Shown: positions 25,021-38,830, numbered from the stretch's first letter. The stretch: 64,000 nucleotides of DNA from Octopus bimaculoides (GCF_001194135.2 NC_068988.1:3433245-3497244), one strand, 5' to 3'. A program made the numbers and translations. Notes: generated by a model not told the origin, from the letters alone.

Positions 25021-26599
25021 ATCTAACATATCATACATATATATATATATGTGTATGTGTGTGTGTATTTATACGTGTATGTATATATATAATGTATATA
25101 CACATACACACACACATGACCCAGTTCAGGGACCAGCTACCCAAATCAACTTTACCCTGGTAGATAAAGCAATTAAGGATATGAAGAGAGGGAAAACCCT
25201 ACCCCTTCAAGAATCATCGCTGAGATGCTTAAAATATCTGGCTTAAAATATCCAATCCAAGGAAATCTCCCTCAGTGAGTTCCATTTGACCCATTCAAGC
25301 ATGGAAAACTGAGTGTTAAGATGATGATGATGATGATGATGATGATGTTATATAATTCTCTTCTGATCTGCTGTGATATATTTAATAATGTTTCACTCTT
25401 ATTTCTCTCAATTTTCCAGTTTTCAACCTCAGAATTACAAACAATTTCAAACATTAAAAACACAAACCCACAGACACCAGTGTCTCTAGTTGGTCTTTTA
25501 ATATGTTTTATCTAAAATCATTTATTGTACATTTAAATCATTGTCAAGTTTAACCTCACCACCAAGACATTGGCTAGTTTTCTGAAGCTAAATCTGTCTG
25601 TTACAAGTGTTCAGAAACAGGTTTCTCATCTGAGGATAACCTCATATTTTTGAATCTGCCACTTCAATTTTATTGCAGGAGAAATGGTTTTTTTCCCCCT
25701 CACCTTTCTTCCAATCCATTAATTGCAGTGACTCCAAAAGATCTTAATAATGTTGCCTTTCTCCTTCTCAGACATAATAATAAAGAATGTAAGGCGTTAT
25801 AATTATTTAATTGATATAAACAGAAATACAAACAGAATAACCACTTTGTTTTGCTTCATATTCAATGTTTAATGTCTGGATTTTAATTCCATGTTACACT
25901 CCGAGGCACTAAGTACCTGCCACACTTGCATAATTTCACAAATTTATTTTTCAATTTTTGTTTAGATGTGGTGGAAATTTTGGTTATTTGCATTTTTAGT
26001 TGTTGTTCATTTTAAAAAAGATAGAATATAAAAAGCAACAAAGAAACAAAAGAATTTATCTATTTCTTCTCAGGCAGAGAGTTTGGTTTTATGGGAAAAG
26101 ACAGGAAAAGTTCATGTAATACTTGAAGTTAGATTGGGTGTGACAGCCATGGCATTAGAGTTAAGGTTAGGCCAAGAGAGACCCAGCAACAATATAGGAA
26201 GGAAAGAGCCATTCCTTTTCCGAAAACTAAAATGGAAGAAAATAGAAGAAAATTGTTATTTTTCAATTGACTGCAAAATGAAGGATATGACAGTCTCATA
26301 AATCAATCAATTTACAACATAAATCAATCAATTTGGAACATAAATTTACAAATTTGAAGTAATATATTTTCCATTTTGCTTTTCTATTTTTCTTTCTTTT
26401 TTTTTTTGGAAACAAAACACAAAATGAATCAATGTAAAAATAAAAAAAAAACAAAATGACTAAATATAAAAAGCAATACAAACAGAAAGGGGAAATGAAA
26501 TAAAAAAAATAACCATAGGAATTAAGAATTTAACTAAATGTTGTCAAAGATGAAGTATTGTGGCATAAAGATAAACGGAAATTTCTAAACTTTCTGAAA

Positions 26600-26910
26600 T
26601 AATAAAGATGATGATGATGATGATGATGATGACAATAATGATAATGAGATATTGATACCAATCTGATGATGACGACGATGATGATACTGATAATAATGAT
26701 GATGATGATGATGAAGATGACGACGACGATGATGATGATGGTGGTGGTGGTGAGGATGACGATGATGATGGTGATGATGATAATAATACCAATCTAATGA
26801 TGATGATGATGACGATGATGATGACAATGATGATTATGATGATGATGATACTAATGATAAATCAATTCTGATCATAATGACAATAGTGATGATGATGATG
26901 ATGATGATGA
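26600..26910. repeat. Degenerate (GAT)n array
   Basis: Direct reading. Confidence 0.9.
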
Positions 26911-27047
26911 TGGTTTCCATGAAATATTTTGTTCTATTTTTCTCTAAACGTATCGCCAAATTATTAGAACTTAAACCACATATATCTACCACTACACTAC
27001 TAAAAGAAATACAAATTTATTCAAATCTGTAGTTTCCTTTATTGTAT

Positions 27048-27449
27048 CTTACTCTTACTCTTTTACTTGTTTCAGTCATTTGACTGCGGCCATGCTGGAG
27101 CACCGCCTTTAGTCGAGCAAATCGACCCAGGACTTATTCTTTGTAAGCCTAGTACTTATTCCATCGGTCTCTTTTGCTGAACTGCTAAGTTATAGGGGAT
27201 ATAAACACACCAGCATCGGTTGTCAAGCGATGTTGGGTGGGGGGACAAACACAGACACAAACACACGCACATATATATACATACATACAATGGGATTCTT
27301 TCAGTTTCCGTCTACCAAATCCACTCACAAGGCTTTGGTCGTCCTGAGGCTATAGTAGAAGACACTTGCCCAAGATGCCATGCAATGGGACTGAACTCAG
27401 AACCATGTGGTTGGTAAGCAAGCTATTTACCACACAACAACTCCTGCAC
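27048..27449 (-). mobile_element. SINE family B
   Basis: Near full-length reverse complement of the 3493 element. Confidence 0.9.
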
Positions 27450-27861
27450 TTTATTTTATTTTATTTTATTAAACCTTTTTTGTTGTTCTTCTAAAAATTC
27501 CTCGCATTGATGAGAATGACAATGCATAAATTTAATTATAATTACTATGATAATTTTTTCTAACACATATTTGTATTTTCCTTCGAAATGTGCATATGTA
27601 TTGAATCCAATTTTGTATTAAATCTAATTTTCATTCAACATCTTTTTTTTTCTCCATGTTTTTATACTTCTTTATCGTATATTTATACCTATAACGAAAT
27701 TTTTCAACTATTATTTTCATATTCTTATTATTTGCTCTGGCTGTTTTTTATGACTATGATGAATCTTTATTAGAAATAATTTTTTCTCTCTTTTTTGATC
27801 TCTCAAAAAGTTTGAATTGTTCTTTTTGAACTTATTTTTTCTCTGTTAAAGACTGTCATAC

Positions 27862-27904
27862 CAGCCATGACGAAGGGAAATAGCCCTGAAACTCGAGTCG
27901 CCTT
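27862..27904 (+). ncRNA. Hammerhead-like motif (C3 to A)
   Basis: agcc-ATGACGA-aggg-aaatag-ccct-GAAA-ctcgag-TC-gcct. Stem II is 4 bp, stem III is palindromic, the site is GTC, and stem I has one mismatch. Confidence 0.55.
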
Positions 27905-28206
27905 TATATATATATATTTATATTTATATATTTATATATTTGATCCTTTATATTGAACACTCAATATTTCATCTACATTCAATACTTTATTTCATGGTGC
28001 CATCCATTTTTATTTTATTTTATATTATATATTGTATATTATATTATATATTGTATATTCCATATTCTATACCCCACATTAGTTCTGCAGGAATATAAAT
28101 AAAACATAAAAAACAGACAGTGTTGGAACTCTTTTAAGCAAAATAATATATTCCTCTATACACAATCATACAAAAAAATCCACCTTTTTTTGTATTTATT
28201 TTTACT

Positions 28207-28248
<42 letters not shown>

Positions 28249-29122
28249 CGAGGGGGTACCCAAAAGTAACCAGAAATGTTCTCTGTGGGACAAACCTGTT
28301 GTAGTTCAGACTTCCACCATTAGAAGCAACTTGATGCAACCCTCAGGCATCAGTCTGCTGACTTGCATCATCGGGTGAAGTCATACCGCCATGTGGTGCA
28401 TCTTTGTTTTGCAGTGTTTCTCTCCTGTTTTTCAATTTTTGTGATAATTGAAATGAAGGAACAGTGTACTTCCATGAAATTCTGTTTTCTGCTGGGGAAA
28501 ATGATAGCTGAAACAGTTGTCATGCTTCAAACAGCTTACAAGGACGCTACCATGAGTGAAACACAAGCTTACGAGTGGTTTCCATGCTTTAGGAATGGTC
28601 AATTTTTATTTGAAGACCAACCTTGTTCAGAATGGCAGTAAATCTCTTGAATGATTGAAGACATCAGGAAAATTCATGAAATAACTTAGAGGACTGTCAC
28701 CAAACAATTGACAAACTTGTTGAAGAGACTGGTGTGTCCTGGAGCTCCTGCTGATGAATTTTGAGTGAGGAGTTGCGAATGAAAAGAGTTGCAGCAAAAT
28801 GTGTGCCTCCTCGCCTGCTCACAGAAGATCAAAAGCAGTCGTGACTGAATGGGTGTCGTGACCTTAAGGAACAGCTGGAAGTTTTTCAAAGGTCATCACG
28901 GTGATGAAAGCTGGCCCTACAGAATTTGCAGATGTGGAAGAAGTGAAGAAAAAAACGACAGAGGTGTTAAAAAGCATCACTTCACAAGAGTTCCAGCACT
29001 GCTTGGAACAGTGGAAAACGCACCTGGACCAATGCATTGTCTCAAATGGAGAATACTTTGAAGGTGATAAAAGAGTAAACATGTTAAGCTGAGTAATCGG
29101 GTTTCTTTTGGGCGCCCCCTAG
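28249..29122 (+). mobile_element. Internally deleted mariner (Tc1/mariner) DNA transposon
   Basis: TIRs CGAGGGGGTACCCAAAAGTAACC and (reverse complement) CTAGGGGGCGCCCAAAAGAAACC, flanked by TA and TG. Relic transposase: EQCTSMKFCFLLGK..AETVVML..AY..MSETQAYEWF, MKRVAAKCVP, RLLTEDQK, ITGDESW fused near 28915 to FADVEEVKKKTTEVLKSI...WKTHLDQCIVSNGEYFEGD. Confidence 0.93.
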
Positions 29123-29139
29123 TGTGTATATATATATCA

Positions 29140-29335
29140 GGTTGCTATTGAGGGCTACTGGTAACATGCAATCATCCAGTACAACTTGTTGCATGGTTGG
29201 GTCGTCAGCGGCCTAAACTGGCAACCCCATCAGACTTGCTTGGTTTAGAAGGTGATTGTTGAACACCCTACAGGATGAAAAATAAGACCCGTCAATAAGA
29301 CCCGACTCATAAACAGTCAATGGTCATCCAACAAA
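29140..29335 (+). mobile_element. Probable retroelement 5' UTR fragment (RTE-like)
   Basis: GC-richer island gggtcgtcagcggcctaaactggcaacccc...ggatgaaaaataagacccg. The assignment rests on recollection of octopus RTE ends only. Confidence 0.35.
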
Positions 29336-29391
29336 TATGTTTAAGTATGTATATATCATTTTTTATATATTCGTATATCTATATTTTTACT

Positions 29392-29427
<36 letters not shown>

Positions 29428-29437
29428 NNNNNNNNNN
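29428..29437. other. Assembly gap (N10) within (TA)n
   Basis: N run. Other gaps are at 31248-31571, 33847-33856, 36112-36150, 48906-49337, 51132-51253 and 52476-52665. Confidence 1.
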
Positions 29438-29554
29438 ATATATAGATATATATATATATATATATATAGATATAGATATATGTATATTTAAATCTTATTT
29501 TATTTATATTTTTAAATTACATATCTCTTACATTTTTTATGTATGTATATATCA

Positions 29555-29810
29555 GCTGTTCCATGTTGGACATTGCAGTCATGGCAGATACCAGTGTCAC
29601 CCAAATGGCACCCATGCCAGTGGCACATAAAGCACTCATTACACTCTCAGAATGGTTAGTGTTAGGAAAGGCATCCAGCCATAGAAAACCATGCTAAATA
29701 AGACTGGAGTTTGGTGCAACCTTCCAGCTTACCAGCCCTGGTCAAACTGTCCAACCCATGTTGGCATGGACAACAGACATTAAATGATGATGATTATGAT
29801 AATGATGACA
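29555..29810 (+). mobile_element. RTE-derived 3' tail
   Basis: gtggcacataaagcactcattacactc...ttaggaaaggcatccagc...cattaaatgatgatgat. Confidence 0.8.
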
Positions 29811-29838
29811 TACTATGCATACACACACATATATATGT

Positions 29839-29891
<53 letters not shown>

Positions 29892-30380
29892 CTCTCATGA
29901 TATAATAGCTAAATCTGATGAAATAAATAATTGTGTGATTTTTCATTAGGCACTTTCATGTGTGTGTGTTTTTGAAGTGCAGGTACAAATGTTTCAGAAT
30001 TGGAAATTAAAATCAGACAGTAGTAAGGAACCTGCAATGACCAAAATGAAGGTTTTGAGAAGATAGGCACAAATGGATGCTCTACTGATTCATATGTTAT
30101 GATCGATATTCTATAAGCTAACAAGGTAGCCTCTACATAGTCATTGAAGCAGCTTGACACAGCAGCCAAATTAGCCTCAAATCATACACTATTGTCTTGG
30201 AGCAACACAATGGATAGTATTACCTTAGGTACACTTATGTCTTAATGAAAGATAGAAAACATCATAGATGCAACTCCTTTGACCTTAGGTCAGAGCTAAA
30301 CCACAACGATTATTATAAGTGGCATCTGACACTGCCTTTGAACCCATCCTTACCTGTGTGCCCAGTTAACTAATTTACAG

Positions 30381-30428
30381 GTGCATGTCCAACAAGAAGA
30401 AAAAATCTACATCTGTATGGATGAATGG
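30381..30428 (+). other. Candidate 48-nt exon
   Basis: gttaactaatttacag|GTGCAT...GAATGG|gtgagt. Open as VHVQQEEKIYICMDEW or as MSNKKKKSTSVWMNG; the peptide is not recognised. Confidence 0.3.
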
Positions 30429-31198
30429 GTGAGTATGGCTATGTGTGGTTAGGTATACCTTGCTCTATTAGGAGTAGATGCAACGACAGAAAACTGCCAC
30501 AGCATTTTAACTTTTAACAATCGTAATTATACTTTCCTTGCTTTCAACACCCAAAATCCACCTTTGTCACCACCACCACCACCATCAGCAGTAGTAAAAT
30601 GTGATGATGGTTGCAAATAATCAAAAACAGAACAAACTAATAAACACGAAGTTTTTTAAAAAAGACAATCATTTACATTAATCTTTTAAAAGATATGATT
30701 TCCCCTGATTAAACTGAATTCAATCATTTCTTAAATTTGTTTCCTTACATTCAATCAGTGATTTTTTTTTTTTTTCTTTTTTTTGGAAATTTTAACATCA
30801 ACAATAGTAAATAGATTAGCTGTGAAATAGTTGAGATAGAAGTCTGTTCTATGGCAGAAATGCTCTAGATTTTTATAGAAACTACTTAAAAAGTCGTTGA
30901 TACAGAGAATAGCCACTGAAAGATAAAAAAAAAAGAAACAATAAAAGGAATAAAACGAAATAAATAAATAAAATTGGAAACAAAAGCTAAGTAAAAGTCA
31001 CAAGAGTGAAATGAAAGATTAACCCTATTTAAGATGAGCAAAGAGAAAACGAATGCTGTTATTTTCTTTCTCTGCTTTAACAAAATAACAAACCAGGCAG
31101 TAAATGCAGAAGACTAAGCAAAGTGTCAAACTGTCAAGAATCCTCCATACACTACATACACACATACATACATGTATGTATGTATCTGCATATGTGTG

Positions 31199-31247
<49 letters not shown>

Positions 31248-31573
31248 NNNNNNNNNNNNNNNNNNNNNNNNNNNNNNNNNNNNNNNNNNNNNNNNNNNNN
31301 NNNNNNNNNNNNNNNNNNNNNNNNNNNNNNNNNNNNNNNNNNNNNNNNNNNNNNNNNNNNNNNNNNNNNNNNNNNNNNNNNNNNNNNNNNNNNNNNNNNN
31401 NNNNNNNNNNNNNNNNNNNNNNNNNNNNNNNNNNNNNNNNNNNNNNNNNNNNNNNNNNNNNNNNNNNNNNNNNNNNNNNNNNNNNNNNNNNNNNNNNNNN
31501 NNNNNNNNNNNNNNNNNNNNNNNNNNNNNNNNNNNNNNNNNNNNNNNNNNNNNNNNNNNNNNNNNNNNNNNNT

Positions 31574-31607
<34 letters not shown>

Positions 31608-31788
31608 ATATGTATATATATATGTATGTATATATATATATATACACACACACATATACACACTGTCTCTTTCATATATTACCAATTTATATATACTTAT
31701 ATGCACATATATATATGTGGGTATATAAGTATATATAAATTGGTTATATATGAGAGACAGTGTGTATATGTGTGTTTATATAGATATA

Positions 31789-31842
<54 letters not shown>

Positions 31843-31992
31843 TACTGCATATATGTATCTCTATACATATACATACGCACATAAACATACATAAATATGT
31901 ATATATATGCATGTATGCGTGTGAGTGAGTTTGACTGTGTGCTTGTGTGCATGACTGTGTGTGGTATTTTTTGATTGAAATCTCACACACAC

Positions 31993-32027
<35 letters not shown>

Positions 32028-32506
32028 CACACAACACAAAACATATTGATTACAATCTGAGGGAAATACACACACAAAAAATGAACAAGAAAAAAACTAA
32101 TAAATATTAAGCGACTTATATTTATTCCTATAAATTAAAAAAAAAAGATTATTGTGTCTATATACATGCAAGAATGTATATACATTTATGTGTATGCGTA
32201 TACATGTGTGCATGTATGCGTATGCGCATGCTAGCTTGTTTCTTTATCTCTCTTCCGCCAACCCATGATATTTTTAAAGAATTTTGTTAAGAAATCCAAC
32301 TTGTGATATGCTCACTGATTTGTGAATAATAAATGTCAGCTTGGTTATATTGTTTATTGAAATGCAATCAAGCACACATATTTTCCATGATATGGGGGAC
32401 TCCCCAGTGAAACTATAAACCAGTTTACTTTTGTTCCTTCTGTAAATACATCTTCTTAAAACGCTTAAATCAATAACAACTAAAACTTGTTAGCCATCCA
32501 TATATA

Positions 32507-32586
<80 letters not shown>

Positions 32587-33159
32587 TACACATATACACA
32601 TACATGCATATATACATACATATGTATATATAAATATATGTTTATATACATGTATGTATATATGAATATATATTGTTTATATATATATATATGTGTGTGT
32701 ACATATATATCATTATATATATATATATATAAAAACATATTTATATATACATACATATACATGTATATATGCATGTATGTGTATATTTTACAGAGTTCAA
32801 TTTTATAGCCAGCAGTTTGGCCATTAGATTTATGCTTTCATTTTGAGTAGATATTAGTTTAAAATTTATTTCTGTCCCACCTGTCTTTTTAGTGGAAATC
32901 AAAATAAAATACAAGTTAACGATTATTTTGTCACTGCGCTTGACTAACATTCATTTCTGGTGTATAAATAATAATAAAAAAAAAAGAAAATCGTGTGGTA
33001 CCCAGATTAGACACAGAACCAGAGAAAAAAATAAATTTAATCATTATACAACTATACAAATAATTTTTCTAAATAGAGACAGTAAATACAAACGTGTGCC
33101 CATATGTATATGTTTGAGTGTGTATATATATGTGTGTGTGTGGATATATATATATATAC

Positions 33160-33805
33160 TGATAGCCACAGGTGCCATGTGGTGCATATGGATGGGGATA
33201 GTTGTGTGAAGAAGTATCACATTCTAACAGTGAAAGAGGGAGACCCAGGAAGACATGGGATGAGGTGGTGAAATATGACCTTCAAAAGTTGGGCCTCACA
33301 GAGGCAATGACAAAAGACCAAGACCTCTGGAGATATGCTGTGATTGAGGAGACCTGGCAAGGAAAGTGAGATCACAGCCATAGCCAATACCAGTGACACA
33401 TAATCAGCCCATTTGAATGGTCGGACAACACACCATGCTTGAGGAGATCTATTGAGCCAAGTAAAACCAAAATCAAAATCAAAAATCAAAAACAATCAAA
33501 TAGAAATTGTAGTTGTGGCTGATGCCAGTGCCGCCTGACTAGCTCTCACGCCGGTGGCATGCAACTAACACCATTCATGCATGGTTCATTGCCAGTGCTG
33601 CCTGATTGGTTCCCTGTGCTGGTGACACCTAAAAAGCACCTGCTACACCCAGGGAGTGGTTGGCATTAGGAAGGGCATCCAGCTGTAGAAACTTTGCCAG
33701 ATCAGATTGGAACCTGGAGCAGCCTCCTGGCTTGCCAGTCCCCAGTCAAATCGTCCAACACATGCCAGCACGGAAAATGGATGTTAAACGATGATGATGA
33801 TGATG
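33160..33805 (+). mobile_element. RTE LINE 3' end (ORF end plus UTR and tail)
   Basis: HVVHMDGDSCVKKYHILTV..., RPRKTWDEVVKYDLQKLGLTEAMTKDQDLWRYAVIEET, followed by the shared gat-ending tail. Confidence 0.88.
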
Positions 33806-33806
33806 A

Positions 33807-33846
<40 letters not shown>

Positions 33847-33856
33847 NNNNNNNNNN

Positions 33857-33893
<37 letters not shown>

Positions 33894-34081
33894 TACATGT
33901 GTGTGTAACATATGTATATATTAGTCACTATGTTTGTGAGAATGATCATAGATAAAGCAAGGGAAATAACTCCGAGTGGCTTCACAGTGAATGTTGCATA
34001 TTTTTTCCAACTAATGTTCTGCTACAAGAATCCCGCCCCCCAAATGTAGCCAAAAAACGAATATGTCTATATCTATAGTCA

Positions 34082-34396
34082 CAGGAGTGGCTGTGTGGGA
34101 AGTAGCTTGCTTCCCAAACATATGGCTCTGGGTTCACTCTCACTGCATGGCACCTTGGGCAAGTGTCTTCTACTATAGCCTTGGGCCAGCCAAAGCCTTG
34201 TGGGTGGATTTGGTAGATGGAAACTGAAAGAAGCCTGTCGTTTATATATATATGTTTGTGTGTCTGTGTCAGTTCGGCAAAAGACACCGATAGAATAAGT
34301 ACTAGGCCTACAAAGAATAAGTCCTGAGGTCAACTTGCACGACTAAAGGTGGTGTTCCAGCATGGCCACAGCCAAATTACTGAAACAAATGAAAGA

Positions 34397-34397
<1 letters not shown>
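34082..34397 (+). mobile_element. SINE family B (internal deletion)
   Basis: Head caggagtggctgtgtggg and tail actgaaacaaatgaaaga. Confidence 0.88.
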
Positions 34398-34450
<53 letters not shown>

Positions 34451-34894
34451 GCATATACATATACACCAATATAAACACACAGTGAAAAAAAAATCTTTAC
34501 TTTTATTTGTTCAGTTACATACACAAAGAGCACATGATTCTGTCTAAATTCTCCATCTGCTGCCTGAAAAGGGTGATTCTATAGCTCTTTAGATTGCTGT
34601 TAAAATCTTCTTGTTCTTCACCATGTTATTTCATCCAGTTTTTCTCTATGGAGAAGAGAGCAAAAGTAGTTTTTCATTCAGTTTCTTTTATTCCAAGTTA
34701 TTTTGACACTGGCAAAACTGGCTTCAAATTCTGGCACAAGGCCTTCAATTTTTAGGTGAGGAAGCATTTTGATTACACTGATCTCAAAGCTTATTTCATC
34801 AACTGCAAAAAAAATGAGAAGCAAAATCTTGGTGGTATTTGATCTTGGAACCTAAACATCTGCAACTGCATTGACAAGTAAAACTATGAGTAGC

Positions 34895-35253
34895 TTTTAT
34901 CGTTTTTGTTTCAGTCACTGCACTCCAGCCATGCCGGAGTAGTGCCTTCAAGGATGTAGCCAAACAAATTGAAACTAGTACTACTTCTTTCCTGTCTGTT
35001 TGGTTTGCTGAAACATTAAGTTAGAGGGACATAAACAAACTAAAACTAGTTGTGAGAGACAAAACAAAGATACAAAGACAAGCACTCTACACACACGATG
35101 GGCTTCTACACTGTTTCTGCCGATCAAATCCTTCACAAGGTTTGGTCAGCCTGAGGCTATAGTAGAAGCTACTTGCCCAAGGTGCCATGCAGTGGGACAG
35201 AACCCAGAACTATGTGGTAGGGAAGCAAATTCTGTAACTACACAGCTGCACCT
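34895..35253 (-). mobile_element. SINE family B, degenerate
   Basis: Reverse-complement match to the family B head and tail. Confidence 0.75.
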
Positions 35254-35332
35254 CTAACTATTTCCCTTGTAATTACTAGTTTTTCTAAATCTTCAAACAC
35301 ATACTTTAAATTTCAGCAAAGTGTCTCTTTAG

Positions 35333-35418
35333 TTGTGTCTCGTGTTTAAGAAAACCTGCATCATAGTTGTAGAGTTGAAAGAGAAGAGACACAGAAAGTT
35401 TGAACCCAAAGCAAAACG
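35333..35418 (+). other. Candidate 86-nt exon
   Basis: gtgtctctttag|TTGTGT...AAAACG|gtaaga. Open as LCLVFKKTCIIVVELKEKRHRKFEPKAK(R). Confidence 0.22.
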
Positions 35419-36150
35419 GTAAGAACATTTCCAATTCCTACCACAAGAAATATAATCCAATATAAATATTTCCGATTAACTGACCCTTGCTTTTGTAAAA
35501 AAAAAAAATTTTTACACATCCTCAATTTTCCCTTAATATTTTAAACTACACATGCCTCTCTGACTTTCTGAACCAAGCAGAACAATTTCTTTTTATTAAT
35601 TTCTCTCTTTCTCTTTGAACTCTACAACAATAATGCAATTTTGCTTCAAGCATAAAACCAAACTGAATATATGAGGCATGTTTGCTGAAATGAGAGCACC
35701 CGTCTGCAAATATTATTGAATATAGGCAAATAATATTGACTTTATTTACTTGCATTTTATTATCTTTATTTCTAAATATAAAGAGTAATTTGAAAGAAAT
35801 AAAGAAATCTGTTCACCAAAGACTTTCCAAAACAAAGTCAGTGAATTGACATATATTTGAGAACAAAGAATTTTTGACTTTAATATGAAGAGTGGTCTTT
35901 TACGCATGATGATGCGACGATGCCGTAACATCCTCATTTTTGGACAGTGGTCAAAGTATGTTGGAAATCACATGCTTCTTTGCATATACACAGAAAGGCT
36001 GAACTCTACACCACAAATACATACATGTGTGTAAATATAATTAAATATAGCAAATATATAAATATAATTATACATATATATATACTAATGTATATGTGTG
36101 TGTGTGTGTGTNNNNNNNNNNNNNNNNNNNNNNNNNNNNNNNNNNNNNNN

Positions 36151-36185
<35 letters not shown>

Positions 36186-36220
36186 TATATACTAATGTAT
36201 ATGTGTGTGTGTGTGTGTAT

Positions 36221-36495
36221 AAAGCAGAGATTAAAAGAGATGTAAGACAAGGATGTGTGTTATCGTGCTACCTATTTAATATCTACACTGAGTATATATT
36301 TAGAGTGATTCAAATGAGATCAAAGATCTCACTGTCAATGATACAAACAGAAAGAATGTAAGACATGCTGATGGAACAGCATTATTGGCAGATAGCAATG
36401 AGAAATTACAAGAAATTGTTGAGGCTGTAAAAGAGTAAAATGACAAGGAAGGCCCAAACCTGAATGCAAAGATAAACAAAGGTAATGATTATTAA
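36221..36495 (+). pseudogene. RTE/BovB-like LINE RT core fragment
   Basis: KAEIKRDVRQGCVLSCYLFNIYTEYIF (cf. GVRQGCVLSP.LFNIY), then RHADGTALLADSNEKLQEIVEAVKE (cf. RYADDT.L.A....LQ.L). Confidence 0.85.
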
Positions 36496-37947
36496 TAAGA
36501 GAGATTAAAAGGAATCTCCAGATGAGTTTGTTCTATGTAATGTTTGTTGCATTCGTTATATTTAACAGTATGAAGTAAACTTTTTGATGAGCAAGTTAAG
36601 GGAATTTTATGTCCTGATTTATATTATCAATATGTCATCAATAAAGTTGGTACAGGTTTTGCAGTTTGGAAAAGGACATTTTTTAAAGTTAGGTAGCCAG
36701 ATGTTAGGGAAGATGTGGTTGCAGAAATTGTCTGACAGCCATGACTGGATTCTTTTGTTTGTGTGACATGGTGCAGAGTCCTATCGCCAGACAGGATCTT
36801 CGAGGGGATGTTTGACTTTGTTCAAAAGCTTCGTAGGGTGGTATTTCTTCTTGTCCTTGATGGCTTGAGATGAAAATTAGCCCTTTCTCATCCTTGTCAA
36901 TTAAATTTGCATAGAATTAACAGTTAAATGTCTTATCTAGAGCCACAACCTACATTACTAGATATAAACAATTAATTTTTTGAACTGATAGAGGGAAATC
37001 CCCTAAACTCTGTCATTAGAGATTATTTGTTTCCCATGATTAGGGCTTAAATGTCTCCAAATTTTCAGTTGTTTAATAACAGACTTCAACATTATATAAT
37101 AGCAAATTCTAGTCCAAGAATAATAGTATCTATGACGCCAACACAAAGATGATTACAACTGTACCTTATTTCTTTTTACATTATTTTTATTTGTAGAATA
37201 GCAAAATGTTGCAAAAAAAAAAAAAAGCCCAAAGTTATAGAAATATTTGTTTCAAGGAAGAATATTTTGACACCAATGAAGACAGCAGAGAATTTAATGT
37301 CTGTCAGTTTATGTCTGCTTGCAACAACTAATGTTCCTTTGTAGCCTAAAATAATTTTAAATTGTCATTGATGATCAAAATAATCATAAATGACAATATA
37401 CTTGGTTTCAGAATGAAATATTAATATTTTCAGTTGGTGTGGAAAAAGAAAGAAACAAATCACAAAAAAAAAAGAAACATATATTGTTTGAGTTTTCAAC
37501 CCTACTAAAATATAATGTATATTTTAATAATTAAATTACATAATTTTCTGACAATCCAGTATTTCTGTTTGTCTAAAATTACTAAATGAGATTCGTTTTT
37601 GACTAATGATTTAAGAAAACAGTCACAGAATGTTAGTTTGTTAAGGTAGTAGACATCTAATAGGCGGGTTTGTGATTTCCATTCTGTCACAGAAATTGCC
37701 ATGTGTTCATTGCTAAAAGACTGAATTCTCAAATACCCTACACAGAACATAATCCAATGTCTGGTTAACAGCACCATTTAGCCATTAGCATTTTCTTTAG
37801 TGGAATCCATTCTGTTATACAAGTCTTATTGACTGGTCACTGGTCTGAGGATAAGTTCCTCCACTAGTCTCAGAGACCTTGAAAAAGTGTCATGGCCACT
37901 GGCCTTCTTTTCTAGCTAAACCATAAAATAAAATTTAAAAAGCATAC

Positions 37948-38102
37948 TTCGAATTGTTAATAAGGTTTGGAAGAGTTGAAGAGAGATCATTGCTGTAAGA
38001 AGTAGCAGCACTCCTAATGACTTTGATAGTGTCTCTTTCGAAATAGGCACCAACATTATTTTTGAATGATTCTACATAGTAGGTTATTGATTGCTTTCGA
38101 TC
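37948..38102 (-). other. Candidate 155-nt exon
   Basis: cctgcacag|GATCGA...TTCGAA|gtatgc. Open frame DRKQSITYYVESFKNNVGAYFERDTIKVIRSAATSYSNDLSSTLPNLINNS; locally CpG-enriched. Confidence 0.22.
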
Positions 38103-38409
38103 CTGTGCAGGCACGAACTTTGGTTATGGCACAGTTGTTTAATTGAATGCCAAAAAAATAATAGAAATGGATGCAAACATGATTGTGTGTTTGTGTAGTC
38201 AAGAGGTTTGCTTTACAAGATGTAGGTAGAAGCCTCCATGGTCATACATTGACTCGTCTCTTCTCACTCCTTTCTACTCACTGGAACCATATCTGCATCT
38301 CTACTATTTACTTCACAAACTTGACAATCTTATCTCCCTGTCATTTCTGCCTTTAACTGGTTCCTCAATGAACTGCTATAAACCCCTCATCTCCACCTCA
38401 ATAACACAT

Positions 38410-38830
38410 TTTAGGTACAAGCATTATCTCCTAGATTTCTACAAAGGATTCCCTTTTCTCCAAGACATTCCAAATTTCTGTTCACCATTGATGATAAATC
38501 CTTCCACAGAGTCACCCCGAGCCAAAGTGACAGCCTATTAGCCTTAAGTATGTATTTGATTGCTGCCCCCTTTCCAGACCCAAAACCACCACCCTTCTTC
38601 ATTTAGTCAAACTCTTCTTCACAATCAGTTATTTCCCTTCAACTGGGCAATTTTACAAGCATTTTTAGTGCGGCCATCAAGAACATAAGGATAAGTTCAA
38701 AGAATAAACTCTTCTTGTTGGCTCATTTCATTGCATTGGATCTACCCGAGGGCCATAATTGCCACTAATAACGACAAAAGTACATCAATGCCAACAGCTT
38801 TATCAGGCATCAACTCAGTAATAATATTTC
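38410..38830 (-). pseudogene. Degenerate LINE RT fragment
   Basis: PDKAVGID (cf. KAPGPD), GGFGSGKG (cf. GFRSGR), KDLSSMVNRNLECLGEKG (cf. DL.KAYD.VNR.LW..L...G). Confidence 0.5.

Noticed and set aside
31025-31928. Longest ORFs in the track (up to 274 aa)
   Set aside because: They are (TA)n/(CA)n translations running through an N-gap and have no coding signal.
36060-36220. Near-identical sequence on both sides of an N-gap
   Set aside because: It is probably a scaffolding overlap artefact rather than a real duplication.
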